DNA of 64,000 nt from an uncultured Candidatus Saccharibacteria bacterium (GCA_964469295.1 CAYXYJ010000004.1:17557-81556), one strand, 5' to 3'; positions 19,588-29,162 are shown, counted from the first letter of the stretch. Numbers and translations are program-made. Notes: generated from the sequence alone by a model not told the origin.

Positions 19588-20859
19588 CTAAAGCACCAAC
19601 AATTCGGGCGCCGTAATGAGAAGCGCACCTAAGAGCAGCATCAAGACTCCGCCAATCAGCAGCGACCAGCGCGAATATGTAGCACCATGGGCTTCAAGCC
19701 GTGTAAAGCCCCAAATCGCCAACCCAAATACAACAAAGTCGTCAATCATGTATCCTAAGGTGTAGAGCAAAATGTAGAACTGCCGCTCGACGAAAGTAAG
19801 TAAATTAAGATCAAGGATTTTCGTGTAGGCTTGCGGGATACCGATCGAACAGGCGAACTCGATAATATTGACTGAAAAGGCAATGAGAACAATCGCGCCA
19901 ATGGTCGTCAGGGTTAACGGCTGATTGATGATGGCCTTTAATTTATTCACGGTTTTCGTCTGACTATCGATATCGGTGATATCGCAGACGAGCGCTGTCG
20001 CCTGGCTCTTGTGCCAGCGGTATAAAAAGAAACTGCCCCCGCCGACCGCCAGAATGCCAACAAGTGGCGTGACGATCTGATCGAGCGCCACGAAATCCCA
20101 CGTCTTGTACCACACATTTAAAATCAGGTTGTACATGACGGCTTCGGCGACGATAAACAGTCCAGCCAAAAAGAGCATTTTGCGACGGCTGCCGGCCTGG
20201 GCCAAGAGCATCAAAAAGGTGATCAAAACCCACATGGCACATGGATTGAAGCCATCAATAAGACCAAGAAGGAGTGAGAGTGAAATGAGCGAAAATGATT
20301 TGAGATCAACCACCCCAATTACCGGCAAATCAAATGTAAACGAGGCTTCGGCGGCTGTACAGCCGATTTCGGAACAACCGCCACCAAATGGTACGACTTG
20401 CACCGGTGCCTGGGCGATATGATCTTCGACCGTGATTACGGTGGTATCGGACTGCGACTGAATCGCTTTTTCCAATTCGATTCCAGTGGTGCGAGGACTG
20501 TCAAAACCCAAAAACACTCGGTCTCCAATCACCGTCACTGGCGTTACTTTTGTCAGGTTGTGTTTGGCAGTTACCTGGTCATAGAGGTCTTTGGCAGCCG
20601 CATCCGTTTCGATATTAAGGTAGACGTAATCAATCCCCGCTCCGGTTAAAAATTCTTTTTCCGCTTTGCAAAAACCGCAAGTATCGCGACCAAACAGGTA
20701 CACGGTGGGTTCCTTACTGGTAGCCGGTACATTCATTACCTCATTCACAACTATACTGGGGTCAGTCACCGGTTCGGCTGCCGCCGAGGATACTGTCCAT
20801 CCGACTGAGATTGCTCCAAAGAATATCCACCCGGCCACCAAAACTTTTTTCGTTATCAT
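19588..20859 (-). CDS. glutaredoxin/thioredoxin-like domain fused to a polytopic DsbD/CcdA-like (DsbD_2) thiol-disulfide membrane protein
   Basis: signal/TM, CGFC redox motif, then a multi-TM domain with GFNPCAMW (Cys within TM) and a second Cys-containing TM segment. Confidence 0.45.
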   Translation of the reverse strand: MITKKVLVAGWIFFGAISVGWTVSSAAAEPVTDPSIVVNEVMNVPATSKEPTVYLFGRDTCGFCKAEKEFLTGAGIDYVYLNIETDAAAKDLYDQVTAKHNLTKVTPVTVIGDRVFLGFDSPRTTGIELEKAIQSQSDTTVITVEDHIAQAPVQVVPFGGGCSEIGCTAAEASFTFDLPVIGVVDLKSFSLISLSLLLGLIDGFNPCAMWVLITFLMLLAQAGSRRKMLFLAGLFIVAEAVMYNLILNVWYKTWDFVALDQIVTPLVGILAVGGGSFFLYRWHKSQATALVCDITDIDSQTKTVNKLKAIINQPLTLTTIGAIVLIAFSVNIIEFACSIGIPQAYTKILDLNLLTFVERQFYILLYTLGYMIDDFVVFGLAIWGFTRLEAHGATYSRWSLLIGGVLMLLLGALLITAPELLVL

Positions 20860-20882
20860 AGCGCACTCTAGTATATCAGAAT

Positions 20883-20919
20883 AACCACCGGGCGGGGGCT
20901 ACACCCCCGCCCGGTGGTT
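20883..20919. terminator. rho-independent terminator (AACCACCGGGCGGGGG-CTACA-CCCCCGCCCGGTGGTT)
   Basis: perfect 16-bp GC stem overlapping the 3' end of the DUF45 ORF. Confidence 0.6.
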
Positions 20920-21375
20920 ATTTCCCCTCTCGCCCCCGCCTGTCATCAGAGACGCAGTTTGATACGCCACCAAAGCTCCTCGACTCATTCCAATAGTTCT
21001 TTCGAGCAAACGCAATTCCTGACGATCCGCCACAAAGGTGGGGCACCAAATGGCTACTTCCTGCCAGAAAGCGGCGCCGTGATGTAAATGCCGACGATGA
21101 CACAATTCATGAATGACTACATACCGCATGAGATGTTCCGGCAAAAATAATAATTTGTAATGAAAATTCAGATTGCCTTTGGCGGAACAACTGCCCCAAC
21201 TGCGTTTGGTGTCCTTGATCGCTACACGATTATAAGTAACCCCGATCCGAGCAGCTTCAGCGGCAATAAGCGGCGCAAGCTTCGCTCGCGCCGCTTCTTT
21301 ATACGCCAAATACGCCTTGCGTTTTGGTGAGGCGTCACGAATGACCCGTCGCGTTGTCCGCCACAATCGCCGCAT
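20899..21375 (-). CDS. YgjP/DUF45-family metal-dependent hydrolase (WLM/SprT-like zincin)
   Basis: HELCHRRHLHHGAAFW zinc-binding HExxH-like motif typical of DUF45. Confidence 0.6.
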   Translation of the reverse strand: MRRLWRTTRRVIRDASPKRKAYLAYKEAARAKLAPLIAAEAARIGVTYNRVAIKDTKRSWGSCSAKGNLNFHYKLLFLPEHLMRYVVIHELCHRRHLHHGAAFWQEVAIWCPTFVADRQELRLLERTIGMSRGALVAYQTASLMTGGGERGNNHRAGV

Positions 21376-21377
21376 AC

Positions 21378-23162
21378 TTATACCGCGACCGCCTGTCGAT
21401 GATACGCTCGCACCAGTCGAATAAGATCGTAACCATACTGCTCGTCGGTCGCTTCATAGAGCGGTTTTAATTTATCGCTGCCGTGGACGGCAATGGCCTC
21501 ACAAATTTTTTTTATCGCGTGCCCAGAAACATCTAATTCAGCAATAGCTCGCTCTAAATCAGCAACTACCAAATTTCCATCTGCGACCAGTTTCTCAATA
21601 TGTTCCGCAATGGTACCAATATTAATCTCGCGATTTTTAGCGATTGACCGTAATGTCTCTCCCGCTTGCCAACGAGATTTGGTTTCTTCATAGGTTGACA
21701 GTTTTTTTGCACGTTCTTTGACCGCTCGTTTCCCGGGCAAGATAACCGTATCAGCACTTGGCAATTTCCCGCCACAACTCGTAATAAATTGCGTTTGTAA
21801 GGTAAGCAAATTGTCGTCACTCATAGCGACAAATGTATCTTCGGTATATTCAGAATCCATATGAAATTGCCTATCTCGGGTCACGACTTTTGGATCTACC
21901 TGCAGTGCATTTGGATGCATGCCCAAGACCTTTAAACCCGAAAGTGACCGCACCCGCGACAGCGCCACGTACCCCTGCCCGAACACAAACGCCTTCGATA
22001 AATCTACTTCAGCCGCATCGAGTGACATCCCCTGGCTTTTATGGACCGTGATCGCCCACGCCAGGCGAAGCGGGATCTGCTCGATTGAAGCGCGAATCTT
22101 GCCATCTTCGATGACATCCCAACTCATTGGTTCCATCAAGATTCGTCTTCCATCGAGAGTTTCAATAATCGGATGCGCATCGGTACTATTATCAAACCCC
22201 ACCACGCGCGCGAGCGTACCGTTGACGTATCCCGCTTCAAAATTATTCTTCGTACACATCACCATCGCGTCTTCTTTTACCGTCAAGGTATCCGGCGACA
22301 AGCAATTCTTCACGAGCACTTCAAGTAACGGTTTACTCCCCCGTCCCACCATCGTGTACGTTTTTGCACGTCCGGGCAACGCCGCTAATTTGGTGGCGTT
22401 CACCGCATCAACATCGGCATTGTGTGTATACAATTTCGTTGGCTCAACACCTTCGTACGCGATATCAGTCTGCTCATTCAGTAATGTGTAATGATCTTCC
22501 TCAATTTCATTGCGACGGATTGACGAGAGTAAACCGAGCAACAACTCATCCTCCTGTCGATGTTGTTCGGTCAGATAACAGACAAGCGGACGCGATTCAA
22601 GCCACGCCCGCGATTCAAACGCATAACGCATCATGTCACCTTGCCGCGTCACTGGTGGTAATTGGAAAAAGTCACCAACGAATATAACTTGTAGTCCGCC
22701 AAAGGCATCCTTTCGTTGTCTGATCGTCCGACAAATCACATCCACCATATCAAGGAGTTTCCCATCGAGCATCGAGATTTCGTCGATAACCAGCACGTGG
22801 GCTTTTTTAACTCGCTTTACGGTCGCCTCGCGACCGACAATTTGATCGAGGTCGTACTGTGTCAAAGTATCACGCGCCCCGGCGCCACTCCACGAATGAA
22901 TTGTCATGCCCCCGATATGCGTCGCCGCAATCCCGGTCGACGCCGTCACCGCGACGTGAAGCCCGCAGGCTTCAAGCCACGCGATATATTGGTTAATGAC
23001 ATACGTCTTCCCCGCCCCCGGCTCTCCGGTCAAAAAGACATTGGCACCGGTTTTTAGCACCTCTAACGCCCGCGCTTGGTTCATAGTGCCACTATCATAC
23101 CACGGCGACACAAACATTGACTTTTTTAAAAAATTGATAATATCACGGACGTCACCAACCAT
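21378..23162 (-). CDS. Pif1/RecD-like ATP-dependent DNA helicase with a C-terminal helicase-associated HTH domain
   Basis: Walker A GEPGAGKTYV, Walker B VLVIDEISM, SF1 motifs (VGDFFQLPPV, HKSQGMS), C-terminal helical HTH-like 130 aa. Confidence 0.75.
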   Translation of the reverse strand: MVGDVRDIINFLKKSMFVSPWYDSGTMNQARALEVLKTGANVFLTGEPGAGKTYVINQYIAWLEACGLHVAVTASTGIAATHIGGMTIHSWSGAGARDTLTQYDLDQIVGREATVKRVKKAHVLVIDEISMLDGKLLDMVDVICRTIRQRKDAFGGLQVIFVGDFFQLPPVTRQGDMMRYAFESRAWLESRPLVCYLTEQHRQEDELLLGLLSSIRRNEIEEDHYTLLNEQTDIAYEGVEPTKLYTHNADVDAVNATKLAALPGRAKTYTMVGRGSKPLLEVLVKNCLSPDTLTVKEDAMVMCTKNNFEAGYVNGTLARVVGFDNSTDAHPIIETLDGRRILMEPMSWDVIEDGKIRASIEQIPLRLAWAITVHKSQGMSLDAAEVDLSKAFVFGQGYVALSRVRSLSGLKVLGMHPNALQVDPKVVTRDRQFHMDSEYTEDTFVAMSDDNLLTLQTQFITSCGGKLPSADTVILPGKRAVKERAKKLSTYEETKSRWQAGETLRSIAKNREINIGTIAEHIEKLVADGNLVVADLERAIAELDVSGHAIKKICEAIAVHGSDKLKPLYEATDEQYGYDLIRLVRAYHRQAVAV

Positions 23163-23173
23163 AGGAGGTAAAA

Positions 23174-23812
23174 GTGACGAAAAAACGTAAAACTGGATTG
23201 TCCAATCCGCTGATCGATCTTTGCGCGGAGGTCTTCGGGTTGACCTCCATCACCTGTCCCCGCCGCTGCAGGCTCCCGGACGAGTACCGGAACATCGGTC
23301 TGAAGAATGTGCTTGGGGCTTGGGACGTCTGCTCTGACGTGATCAACTCCAACCAGGGCAAGTTGTACCTGCCGAAGGGCTGGGAACTGACCTTCCCTGA
23401 TACCCTGCGGATGGTGGTGGATTCTGAGCGTGGCCATCGTATGACCATTTCCGACAGCCGTGTCTATATCCATTCGCCGATCAGGGTTCAGATGAACGGT
23501 GACCTCGAGACGATGACTACCGAATGGGTCGAGGTACTGCATCACGGAGAGGTGGTCTTCCGTTCGACCATCCTGTCGTCCAAGGAACGTCCGATGGCTC
23601 CCGATGTCTACGAACTCATGAAGGAACTGGTTCCTCCGGACAATCCCTACTGGGAAAACGTGCCGGATGTTGCCATGCCCACTTCGGAAGAGGAACGGGA
23701 GCGTGCGAACTACGAGGCGTATCTGGCCCTGAAGCCGTACTACGATGAGGCCGAGGCGTTCGTTCGGGAGCACTACCCGCTTCTCAACAGGGACCCCAAC
23801 GCTTACTGGTAG
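23174..23812 (+). CDS. GC-rich hypothetical protein (ORFan)
   Basis: about 58-60% GC ORF with high GC3 in an AT-rich genome; AGGAGG RBS; the antisense ORF 23126..23773 is judged spurious. Confidence 0.4.
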   Translation: MTKKRKTGLSNPLIDLCAEVFGLTSITCPRRCRLPDEYRNIGLKNVLGAWDVCSDVINSNQGKLYLPKGWELTFPDTLRMVVDSERGHRMTISDSRVYIHSPIRVQMNGDLETMTTEWVEVLHHGEVVFRSTILSSKERPMAPDVYELMKELVPPDNPYWENVPDVAMPTSEEERERANYEAYLALKPYYDEAEAFVREHYPLLNRDPNAYW

Positions 23813-24211
23813 ATCAAGGCTCGCCAGACATTATATAGCACGACCTGGGTAGTGACGAGTTCCTTGAATCCATATTGGATTAATGTAAGTTCTTAAATAT
23901 GTACGCTCGCGTATTGAGCACCACCTGAGCCAGACATGAAAACGACAGCGATTCGCCGCATCACCCCCCTGCTACATGCATGGGGGTTTATTTTATAAAA
24001 ACATGGCTAACGACACGAATCATAATAGCGTTTTATTGACTCTTTCGTAGATATCGTTACTCTATCGTTAGATGTCCAAACCGCTTAGTTGCTAAACGGC
24101 AAACCGGTCCGCAGTCGCACACCTATCATGACCCTGCTGACGCCTTATGTTTCTGCTAAGGCCTGCACGGACGATTCCAACAACGCACACAAAAAAATGG
24201 AGGAGACTAAA

Positions 24212-24490
24212 ATGAGCTGGCGGCAAAAGTTGCTCTGCAATCTCGCACAACCCTACATCCTCGTTGATGCTGGCAACATCTTGTATGTCAGCAGCACCGA
24301 TTGGGTGACTGAACGCGAATTACAGGAACGTGTACACAGCATCTTTCCGGAACGATGGTCATCATGGGATATCGTCAGGTTTCGCCTTGGCCTTGGTTAT
24401 CTGGTGGCACACGGCCACCTTGAACAACAACGGTTTTCCGCCAAACACCATGACGAATTGCGGTATCGACAAGCAGGAAGGACCGAATGA
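24212..24490 (+). CDS. GC-rich small hypothetical protein
   Basis: GGAGGAG RBS 7 nt before ATG at 24212; followed by hairpin plus T-run at 24516-24545. Confidence 0.3.
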   Translation: MSWRQKLLCNLAQPYILVDAGNILYVSSTDWVTERELQERVHSIFPERWSSWDIVRFRLGLGYLVAHGHLEQQRFSAKHHDELRYRQAGRTE

Positions 24491-24601
24491 GATTTACGTC
24501 GACACCAAGCCGCGCACCACCCCGGTGCGTGGCATTTTAAATTCTTTATTTGTGGACAGTGAAATGCTTTTTAAAAAGAGTGCGCTACAATAGATGTATC
24601 T

Positions 24602-26689
24602 ATGGCCATTCGTTCTTTATCTATCATTAATGCTGATGACGTCACCCACGCACGTTCTACAAAAATAAAAAAAACAACGTCAAAAGTTGCAAAAAAAACG
24701 ACGAAAAAAACTGTGATTGAAGCCAAAACCATTTCGGCGGATAATTATATCAGTGCGGAAACAACCGAAAAAGATCGAGTCACCTTACCCACAGTCCCAG
24801 CAAAATCAGTCACTAAAAAGGCCACCAAGAAAGTTGCAAAAAAGGCATCGGCTAAAAAATCAACCGCAAGATCCAAAGCGACCACCCCTACCGACGAATC
24901 ATCACACCATCATCCAACGTACACTCACGATAACGAAATGCCATTGTCTCGGGTACCCGCCAGACCACTATCTGGCAAAGATAAGTTAACCATCAAACGT
25001 CACCCGCTTGGTCATTTGTTGTTGGAAAAAAAGTTACGTGAAATTGGATTTAAGGGTGGTATTAGCAGTGAACGTAAGGTGCTCGAAAAATACAGCACTG
25101 ATGAAAGTATTTTCCATATTCGTCCACAGGTAGTCATTCAACCAAAATCAGTACACGACACTGAACTAGCCACACGACTGATTGCAGAAGAGACAAAACG
25201 ATTTACTTCCCTGTCTCTCACTCCGCGCGCGGCTGGCACGGGATTATCGGGCGGCTCTCTTACCGATTCAATCGTGATTGATGTATGCCCACACTTACAC
25301 CACATCGGCGTAGCGAAAGAAACTCCCAATGGTGCTACCATCACTTGTGGTCCGGGCGCAATGTGGCGCGACGTTGAGAAAAAATTAAAAGCCGTTGGTT
25401 CGTATATTCCGTCATATACGTCTTCAAAAGACATTTGTACCATTGGCGGATCTGTTGCTAATAATGCTGCAGGACCCGATTCATTACGGTATGGTCATTG
25501 CGCTGACTGGGTAGAATCACTTGATGTTGTGCTCTATGACGGGAAAACCTATACCCTCGCACCGATCACCTACAAAGAATTTAAGGTTTTAGCAAAAGAA
25601 AAGCACGCACATGCGCGGATTGCCCGTGAGATTTTTGCCTTGATTGAAGCCAATGAAACCACCATTAAAAATGGTCGGCCAAAAACGGCCAAAAACTCGG
25701 CCGGGTATGCCTTGTGGGATGTGTTGTCTCATTCAGTTGCTGAGTTTAAAAAAGGCAAAGGAACGTTTGATTTAACGAGAATCATTGCCGGTAGCCAAGG
25801 TACTGTTGGTATCATTGTCGGCATCACTATGCGGGCCATAAAAATCCAGAAAAATACCACCCTGATTGCTTTGCCACTTTTTAAGCTTGATGATGCCGCC
25901 AAAGCCATCACTACCGCTTTAGAATACAACCCCATTAATATTGAAATCTTTGATGCGTTAACGTTTGATTTAGCTCTCAAAAATCCAGATTTCTTTAAAC
26001 AACGATTAGATGGATTGTCTTATTATAAAGTCATTCTGGCGATGTACACCACGTTTCATATTCGCTTTGCTCGACGAACACCCGAGTTCACTATTTTGAT
26101 TACCTTGGATGAGGAAACCACGAATAAAACACCAGCGACAGACATTGCGCGAGCAGTGTCAGTGCCCGGGGCGAAAGCCCGCGTTGTGCGCAACCAAAAC
26201 GAAATTGAAATGTTCTTGCAAATTCGTCGCGCCAGTTTCTCATTATCGAAATTGTTGGATCCAGACAAACGTCCAGCGGCTTTCCTCGAAGACATGACGG
26301 TACCACCAGAACAGCTCGGAAAATTCTTTTTAGAAATTAAGCAACTATTTAAAGAGTTTAATGTAAAGTCAGCCATTCATGGGCATGGTGGCAATGGACA
26401 CTTCCATTTCTATCCATTATTAGACTTTACCAAAGCGAACACACCACTTCTCATTGAACGAATGGCTGAACGGTTTTATAACACTGCTATTAAATATAAG
26501 GGAAATATTTGTGGTGAACATAATGACGGCATTATTCGTACGCCACACTTATCTAAAATGTTCAGCAAGCAAGTGCTCGAATTATTTAAACAAACCGAAG
26601 CAATTTTTGACCCGGACGATATCTTTAACCCTGGCAAAAAAGTCAATCCACGCTTTGATATCAAAGAATCAATTCGGCATACGAATTAA
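24602..26689 (+). CDS. FAD-linked oxidase (GlcD / D-lactate dehydrogenase-like) with an approx 130-aa Lys/Thr/Ala-rich N-terminal extension
   Basis: FAD_binding_4 motifs (PRAAGTGLSGGS, DICTIGGSVANNAAG), C-terminal FAD-oxidase_C region; N-terminal KKTTKK low-complexity repeats. Confidence 0.75.
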   Translation: MAIRSLSIINADDVTHARSTKIKKTTSKVAKKTTKKTVIEAKTISADNYISAETTEKDRVTLPTVPAKSVTKKATKKVAKKASAKKSTARSKATTPTDESSHHHPTYTHDNEMPLSRVPARPLSGKDKLTIKRHPLGHLLLEKKLREIGFKGGISSERKVLEKYSTDESIFHIRPQVVIQPKSVHDTELATRLIAEETKRFTSLSLTPRAAGTGLSGGSLTDSIVIDVCPHLHHIGVAKETPNGATITCGPGAMWRDVEKKLKAVGSYIPSYTSSKDICTIGGSVANNAAGPDSLRYGHCADWVESLDVVLYDGKTYTLAPITYKEFKVLAKEKHAHARIAREIFALIEANETTIKNGRPKTAKNSAGYALWDVLSHSVAEFKKGKGTFDLTRIIAGSQGTVGIIVGITMRAIKIQKNTTLIALPLFKLDDAAKAITTALEYNPINIEIFDALTFDLALKNPDFFKQRLDGLSYYKVILAMYTTFHIRFARRTPEFTILITLDEETTNKTPATDIARAVSVPGAKARVVRNQNEIEMFLQIRRASFSLSKLLDPDKRPAAFLEDMTVPPEQLGKFFLEIKQLFKEFNVKSAIHGHGGNGHFHFYPLLDFTKANTPLLIERMAERFYNTAIKYKGNICGEHNDGIIRTPHLSKMFSKQVLELFKQTEAIFDPDDIFNPGKKVNPRFDIKESIRHTN

Positions 26690-26713
26690 ATAGACGAAAT
26701 TACTGACAACGAT

Positions 26714-26743
26714 GGTCCCATCTGGAAACTTCCAGATGGGACC
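26714..26743. terminator. bidirectional terminator (GGTCCCATCTGG-AAACTT-CCAGATGGGACC)
   Basis: perfect 12-bp stem between convergent genes. Confidence 0.65.
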
Positions 26744-26751
26744 TAGTCTTG

Positions 26752-27315
26752 TCAGGCGCGACCTTGCACTGGCTCACATAGTAATCTTTTGTCCATTTCG
26801 GATAAATCACCGTCATGGAGCATCAACATCATTGCTAGACGCTCAATTGCACTTGCGCATTCACTCAGATACAAATCTACTTGGTTAATTGCTATTCGTC
26901 CGTTCGTATCAGTGATAATTTCTGCTTTCCAAAATATACATTCATCATTGGTATCGAGATAAAATGTTCCAGGGACAATATGTTCATTAATGTCATTTGT
27001 AATCCTAAGCATTGATCGAAGATTCCATGTCACATTTGGTTGGTAAGACACCCGAATCTGTAGAAAGCAACCGTTGTCACTTACAAATGCCACTGCTTCA
27101 GGCTGACAAACAGGATGATGGAAAGTAAACCGAAGGAACTCACTATCGGCATCAATCACCCAGTCGTATGATTTGCCAAAACCGGAATATCGTACCCACA
27201 TTTCCACCGCCACCAGTGGATCACGTGGTTTGTCCATGCTTGGATAGGTCACCACACATCTCCATCTCACGTTATGATTTTCTAATGTCTGAGCATACTC
27301 CGAGATTACCCTCAT
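26752..27315 (-). CDS. hypothetical protein; start at MRVISEY with a GGGGGGAG RBS
   Basis: ORF; good SD 5 nt before ATG at 27315; no recognised domain. Confidence 0.35.
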   Translation of the reverse strand: MRVISEYAQTLENHNVRWRCVVTYPSMDKPRDPLVAVEMWVRYSGFGKSYDWVIDADSEFLRFTFHHPVCQPEAVAFVSDNGCFLQIRVSYQPNVTWNLRSMLRITNDINEHIVPGTFYLDTNDECIFWKAEIITDTNGRIAINQVDLYLSECASAIERLAMMLMLHDGDLSEMDKRLLCEPVQGRA

Positions 27316-27356
27316 GTCCACTCCCCCCTTTATTTTTTTGCAAATGTCTGCTATAA

Positions 27357-27392
27357 ATATGGGCACTTTTGCTATAGCAAAAGTGCCCATAT
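27357..27392. promoter_or_regulatory. perfect 36-nt palindrome ATATGGGCACTTTTGC-TATA-GCAAAAGTGCCCATAT; candidate operator or terminator
   Basis: seen in sequence; lies about 45 nt upstream of gene 26752..27315 and about 35 nt before tRNA-Glu. Confidence 0.4.
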
Positions 27393-27426
27393 TTCATTAC
27401 GTCAAAACGCAGTATACGATTTATAT

Positions 27427-27498
27427 GGTCCCATCGTCTAACGGCTAGGACAGCAGGTTTTCATCCTGCAAATCGGAGTTCGATTCTCCGTGGGATCA
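27427..27498 (+). tRNA. tRNA-Glu (anticodon UUC)
   Basis: cloverleaf folded by hand: acceptor GGTCCCA/TGGGATC, D-arm GTCT-AACGGCTA-GGAC, anticodon stem GCAGG/CCTGC with loop TTTTCAT (UUC), T-arm CGGAG-TTCGATT-CTCCG; resembles canonical bacterial tRNA-Glu; no encoded CCA. Confidence 0.85.
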
Positions 27499-29162
27499 CA
27501 AATAGAGGATAATCGGTCAGAGAAAGGTTCAAATCCTTTTTTGACCTTATAATCAAGCATATTTTTTGCTACATAGAGTTCTGAAAAGATGACACGTGCG
27601 ATGTTCTCTTTTTCGTGCGGTTTTGCATAATCGTAAACAGGCACAACGTTTTTTATCAGTTCTGAAAGAATGATAATCTCTTTCATCAGCTCTGCCATCG
27701 CTTCGTCTGATGCGCTCTCTGCCTCCTGTAGTGCTGTTAGTTCTCCCTGTAGTCGCTCACCCTCGGCAACAAGTCCCTCTGGGGTGTACACGCCTGATTT
27801 GAGTAGCTGTAAACGATTGGTATTTAAGTATGAGATGTCATCTCGAATACGCTTTTTTGTACGCTCCATCTGTTGTATCTCTCTAAAGCGACGCTCATCC
27901 AACAAAGCAACATCGGTACTGGTCCGCGCATCTAAATCAGCAAGTTCGTCATCTGTAAAATGTAGTCCTGCAATCAGTCCACTTATTTTGTTAGAGATAA
28001 AATCAAAGTTGCAGTTTTTGAGAGTGTTCTCGCAATCCTTTACGCATCGTGAATTGAAATACAGGATGCCTTTCTTGGTATATGGAGTATAAACTCGTTT
28101 ACAGTGAGCGCATCGGACCATACCGCGCATTGGGTGGTCCAGTTTTTCTGTATAGTGGACACTTACTTTCTTTTTACCCAAGAGTGATTGGACCAGATTA
28201 AATAACTCATCATCAACAAGCGCCTCGTGGCTAGTACTCTGAATATAAATGCCGTCTGGACCGATTATCTTTCCCGTATAAAACTGATTGGTCAAAATAC
28301 GGCTAATGCTATTCTCATTTACTGGACGAGTGGTTTTTTCAATCTCAATATCCTCATCCTCATCGGCGAGGATTTCATCTCGTGAGCGACGACGGCGCAT
28401 TGGTACAGTCGTAAAACCTTGGTCATTTGCAAAACGTGCAATGTCTGACAAGCTCCAGTCACCCGTTGCATATTTTTCAAACATTTCTTTTATTATCGGC
28501 GCTCGCACAGGGTCCAACGGCTTATCGTCCATACTACCGATATTTAGATACCCGATTGGCGCTCTGTAGGTACATTTTCCTTTAGTACGGCTATTTCTAG
28601 TACTCATCGTTACTTTCTCGCTAGTTACGCGAGAATGATGTTGAGCAAACATTCCATCAATATCCATATGGAGCGCACCAGCACTTGTGTCGTCATACGT
28701 AGCGTAGGCAAAACGCACGTCAATACCTCGTCGCATCAATTTGCGAATGATTGTATCGTCACCTTTATTTCGACTAATACGGTCCCAACAAAGGACCACC
28801 ACACCCTTGAAATAACCTCTGCTTAAATGTTGTAGTAGCTGTTGGAACTTTGGTCGGTCAATACGGTACTGAACCACGCCATCATCAGAAATATGTAAAT
28901 CATCTGTCTCCTTAAATCCAGAGTGCTTTTCAGAAACAACACCATCGGTACAAAAGCCCTTTAGAGTTACTGGAGCAAGTTGTAGACGTTCACGTGTCAA
29001 AAAACGCATATTCTCTACTCGTTGGTATGGGATAGAGTTCTTTTGATTATTCGCCTCGTCGGTACTTTTACGATTGTAAATAAGATAGTGGTCACTATAA
29101 ATACCGCTTTGAATAGCTTTCAGAATATCTGTCTCTATTTTCGGCTTTTTATTCATTTTCAT
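27438..29162 (-). CDS. large serine recombinase (integrase)
   Basis: N-terminal resolvase domain (IYNRKSTDE catalytic Ser, VVLCWDRISR), recombinase domain, zinc ribbon CAHCKRV...CVKDC, C-terminal coiled-coil; the last approx 20 codons overlap the tRNA-Glu gene. Confidence 0.85.
   Translation of the reverse strand: MKMNKKPKIETDILKAIQSGIYSDHYLIYNRKSTDEANNQKNSIPYQRVENMRFLTRERLQLAPVTLKGFCTDGVVSEKHSGFKETDDLHISDDGVVQYRIDRPKFQQLLQHLSRGYFKGVVVLCWDRISRNKGDDTIIRKLMRRGIDVRFAYATYDDTSAGALHMDIDGMFAQHHSRVTSEKVTMSTRNSRTKGKCTYRAPIGYLNIGSMDDKPLDPVRAPIIKEMFEKYATGDWSLSDIARFANDQGFTTVPMRRRRSRDEILADEDEDIEIEKTTRPVNENSISRILTNQFYTGKIIGPDGIYIQSTSHEALVDDELFNLVQSLLGKKKVSVHYTEKLDHPMRGMVRCAHCKRVYTPYTKKGILYFNSRCVKDCENTLKNCNFDFISNKISGLIAGLHFTDDELADLDARTSTDVALLDERRFREIQQMERTKKRIRDDISYLNTNRLQLLKSGVYTPEGLVAEGERLQGELTALQEAESASDEAMAELMKEIIILSELIKNVVPVYDYAKPHEKENIARVIFSELYVAKNMLDYKVKKGFEPFSDRLSSICDPTENRTPICRMKTCCPSR

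Noticed and set aside
19095-19632. ORFs 19095..19352 (-) and 19114..19632 (+) inside truB
   Set aside because: They overlap a confidently identified truB in other frames, carry no motifs, and fall in a locally GC-rich stretch.
23126-23773. 215-aa minus-strand ORF (and 23524..23748) overlapping the GC-rich plus-strand gene
   Set aside because: Antisense ORFs are expected by chance in high-GC DNA. The plus-strand ORF has the RBS and coherent codon bias. The minus ORF has no RBS and an Arg/Gly/His-rich nonsense composition.
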